DNA of 45,795 nucleotides from Nanobdellota archaeon (GTDB lineage Archaea; Nanobdellota; Nanobdellia; Woesearchaeales; JAGWAF01): NCBI GenBank assembly GCA_038046365.1, contig JBBSWF010000063.1, positions 1 to 45,795 of the forward strand, read 5' to 3'. Shown piece by piece: positions 45,307 to 45,795 of this stretch (position 1 is its first letter; each line of letters starts with the position of its first letter). The notes under the pieces were generated by a model. It saw only the letters and a program-made list of their open reading frames with translations, ran no database searches and was not told where the DNA came from. The position numbers and the translations under genes were made by a program.

Positions 45307-45795
45307 TTACAGCCGTATTGTATACGTGAGTTGGTCAAGTCCCGAAGGGGCTACGATTCGCTCGGATTGGGTGGTGTATTTTGTATCGATGCCTAATTCT
45401 CGGATGGCTTGTTCGATCTTTTCGATGTTTGAGGCCCCGATTCCATGGATCCGGACGAACGGTATGTTTTTCATGCCGAGCCTTAAAGTGATATCTCTCT
45501 TGAGCGACTCTGTATTAGAGTTGTTCCCCGCGAATACCGCGATCGGGAAGAACTTCAATAGGTCAGAGTAGAATGCTCTAAAGCGCTCTTTGTAGTCTTC
45601 ATCTCCGAATCGTTGTTTCAGCGCGGAGATCATCGGGATCACCATTTCTTCAAAGTAGAGCGAATTCATGAGGTTGAGGACTTTCTTTCCTTCGTTTGGG
45701 AAGTGTTTCTCCAACTGTTCGACGATCTCTTTTGCTTTTTCTGTATTTGTATAGCTGATTTTGGCATTTTCTGATCTATTTTGTTGATCTATAGT
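45307..45795 (-). CDS. Hypothetical protein, 5' partial
   Basis: Frame is open from the window edge to TAA at 45307. Confidence 0.6.
   Translation of the reverse strand, partial: TIDQQNRSENAKISYTNTEKAKEIVEQLEKHFPNEGKKVLNLMNSLYFEEMVIPMISALKQRFGDEDYKERFRAFYSDLLKFFPIAVFAGNNSNTESLKRDITLRLGMKNIPFVRIHGIGASNIEKIEQAIRELGIDTKYTTQSERIVAPSGLDQLTYTIRL

Noticed and set aside
1-45795. tRNA, rRNA, CRISPR array, integrase/transposase, DGR RT or AAC-rich TR
   Set aside because: None recognised by eye on either strand; tRNAscan-SE, Infernal and HMM searches would be needed to exclude them formally.

Overview
The window is most consistent with a DPANN archaeon (Woesearchaeota-like). This is an inference from TATA boxes ~25 nt before leaderless starts, GAGGTGA/GGTGA Shine-Dalgarno sites, a CxxC-x17-CxxC protein and many class III signal peptides. 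From left to right: (1) a minus-strand unit of an uncalled 40-aa peptide, a nitroreductase and a radical SAM enzyme, divergent from an Lrp/AsnC regulator (possible new RiPP locus); (2) a plus-strand effector-like block (atypical kinase, prokaryotic RING finger fused to a DGR-type variable region, HExxH protease, two ADP-ribosyltransferase-like paralogs), whose first three genes share a palindromic upstream box; (3) about 15 type IV pilin-like (class III signal peptide) genes between 8.9 and 39 kb, two of which carry peptidoglycan hydrolase domains (Amidase_3, M15 peptidase), which is the most striking system here; (4) an ~11.6-kb AT-rich type I restriction-modification island bounded by a 9-bp direct repeat and carrying ParB-like+Dam, HEPN, HNH, DinD and Bro-N cargo; (5) VapBC, an RmlD/NRS-ER-like reductase, a second Lrp, AbrB-PhoU, a beta-propeller/TM/kinase receptor-like protein and a Gfo/Idh/MocA pseudogene broken by GGACAC-containing hairpins that recur elsewhere in the window. 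I saw no rRNA, tRNA, CRISPR array, integrase or reverse transcriptase. All family calls come from reading motifs by eye, not from database searches.
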